From positions 62,001 to 126,000 of the forward strand of contig JAUCBJ010009048.1 of the NCBI GenBank assembly GCA_032718475.1: 64,000 bases of DNA, read 5' to 3'. Shown here piece by piece: positions 63,487 to 64,000 of the stretch. Origin of the DNA: Nemertoderma westbladi (Eukaryota > Animalia > Xenacoelomorpha). The position numbers were made by a program, and so were the translations under genes. Positions within the stretch are counted from its first letter, which is position 1. Each line of letters begins with the position of its first letter. The notes beneath the pieces are model-generated. The model worked only from the letters and a program-made list of their open reading frames with translations. It did no database searches and was not told the origin of the DNA.

Positions 63487-64000
63487 CTATTATTATTATT
63501 ATTATTCTATCTTTTAATCTCAAAACTCAACAATTGAGAAAACAATTGTGGAGGAAGCCTGGAGGGAATGGCCCACCGTAGCTTATGATTGGCTGAGATT
63601 AAGCGTCGGCAACCACAGTACTTTTGAAGCACCAGACCCTACATTACCCAAGTTACTACGCCCCTAAAGATAATTTAATAAATAAATACATTTTATAATT
63701 GTATAACTGACTTCTAACTAATGTGTTTTACATTAATCCATTTTTATCTAAGTAATTGCGTCTCGTTCATATAGGGAGTAATAGTGTTTTTTGATTGTAT
63801 TTTCAAATGTGCTATATTTTGTGATACTACGAAAATTATCATCTAGGGAGTTCCATAGTCTTATCATGCTTAAAATTATGCTATTATATCCTTTGTTATT
63901 TTTCGACAGCGGTGTTTTAATTTTGTGCGTTCTTGCATTTATGACTGGTGAGTTCTGTCTATTTAAAAATGGTAGAGTAAGGTCGTTAAATGGCTTTGAT
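63487..64000 (-). mobile_element. 3' end of a CR1/L2-type LINE inserted in BEL gag
   Basis: (TAA)n tail at 63488-63505; minus translation SMIRLWNSLDDNFRSI. Confidence 0.7.

Overview
AT-rich animal (probably invertebrate) genomic DNA, made almost entirely of nested transposable elements around one clear host gene, a class A GPCR with a single coding exon that most resembles urotensin-II receptors (11118-12194, minus). Non-LTR retroelements: an intact APE-RT LINE (584-4962), a degraded relative (25890-30815), two RTEX-like LINEs, three copies of one RTE family, a CRE-type RLE fragment and a CR1/L2 3' end. DNA transposons identified by TIR/TSD: a piggyBac-type non-autonomous element; a 14.5-kb IS3EU-type element (TATGG..CCATA, TSD CAGTAG) hosting an intact pogo DD35D, an intact Tc1/mariner DD41D, a MITE and a LINE; an Academ-type element with ~850-bp TIRs that splits a Harbinger Myb gene; a G/C-tract foldback element; and Merlin-type remnants. 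LTR elements: a Gypsy-like element with non-TG..CA LTRs and a BEL/Pao element. The most unusual signal is in the BEL/Pao element: five exact copies of a 20-nt hairpin (three in-frame in pol, two in the 3' region) plus a Cys/His-rich accessory ORF in a putative 1.4-kb LTR. Family assignments come from recalled motifs, not database searches.
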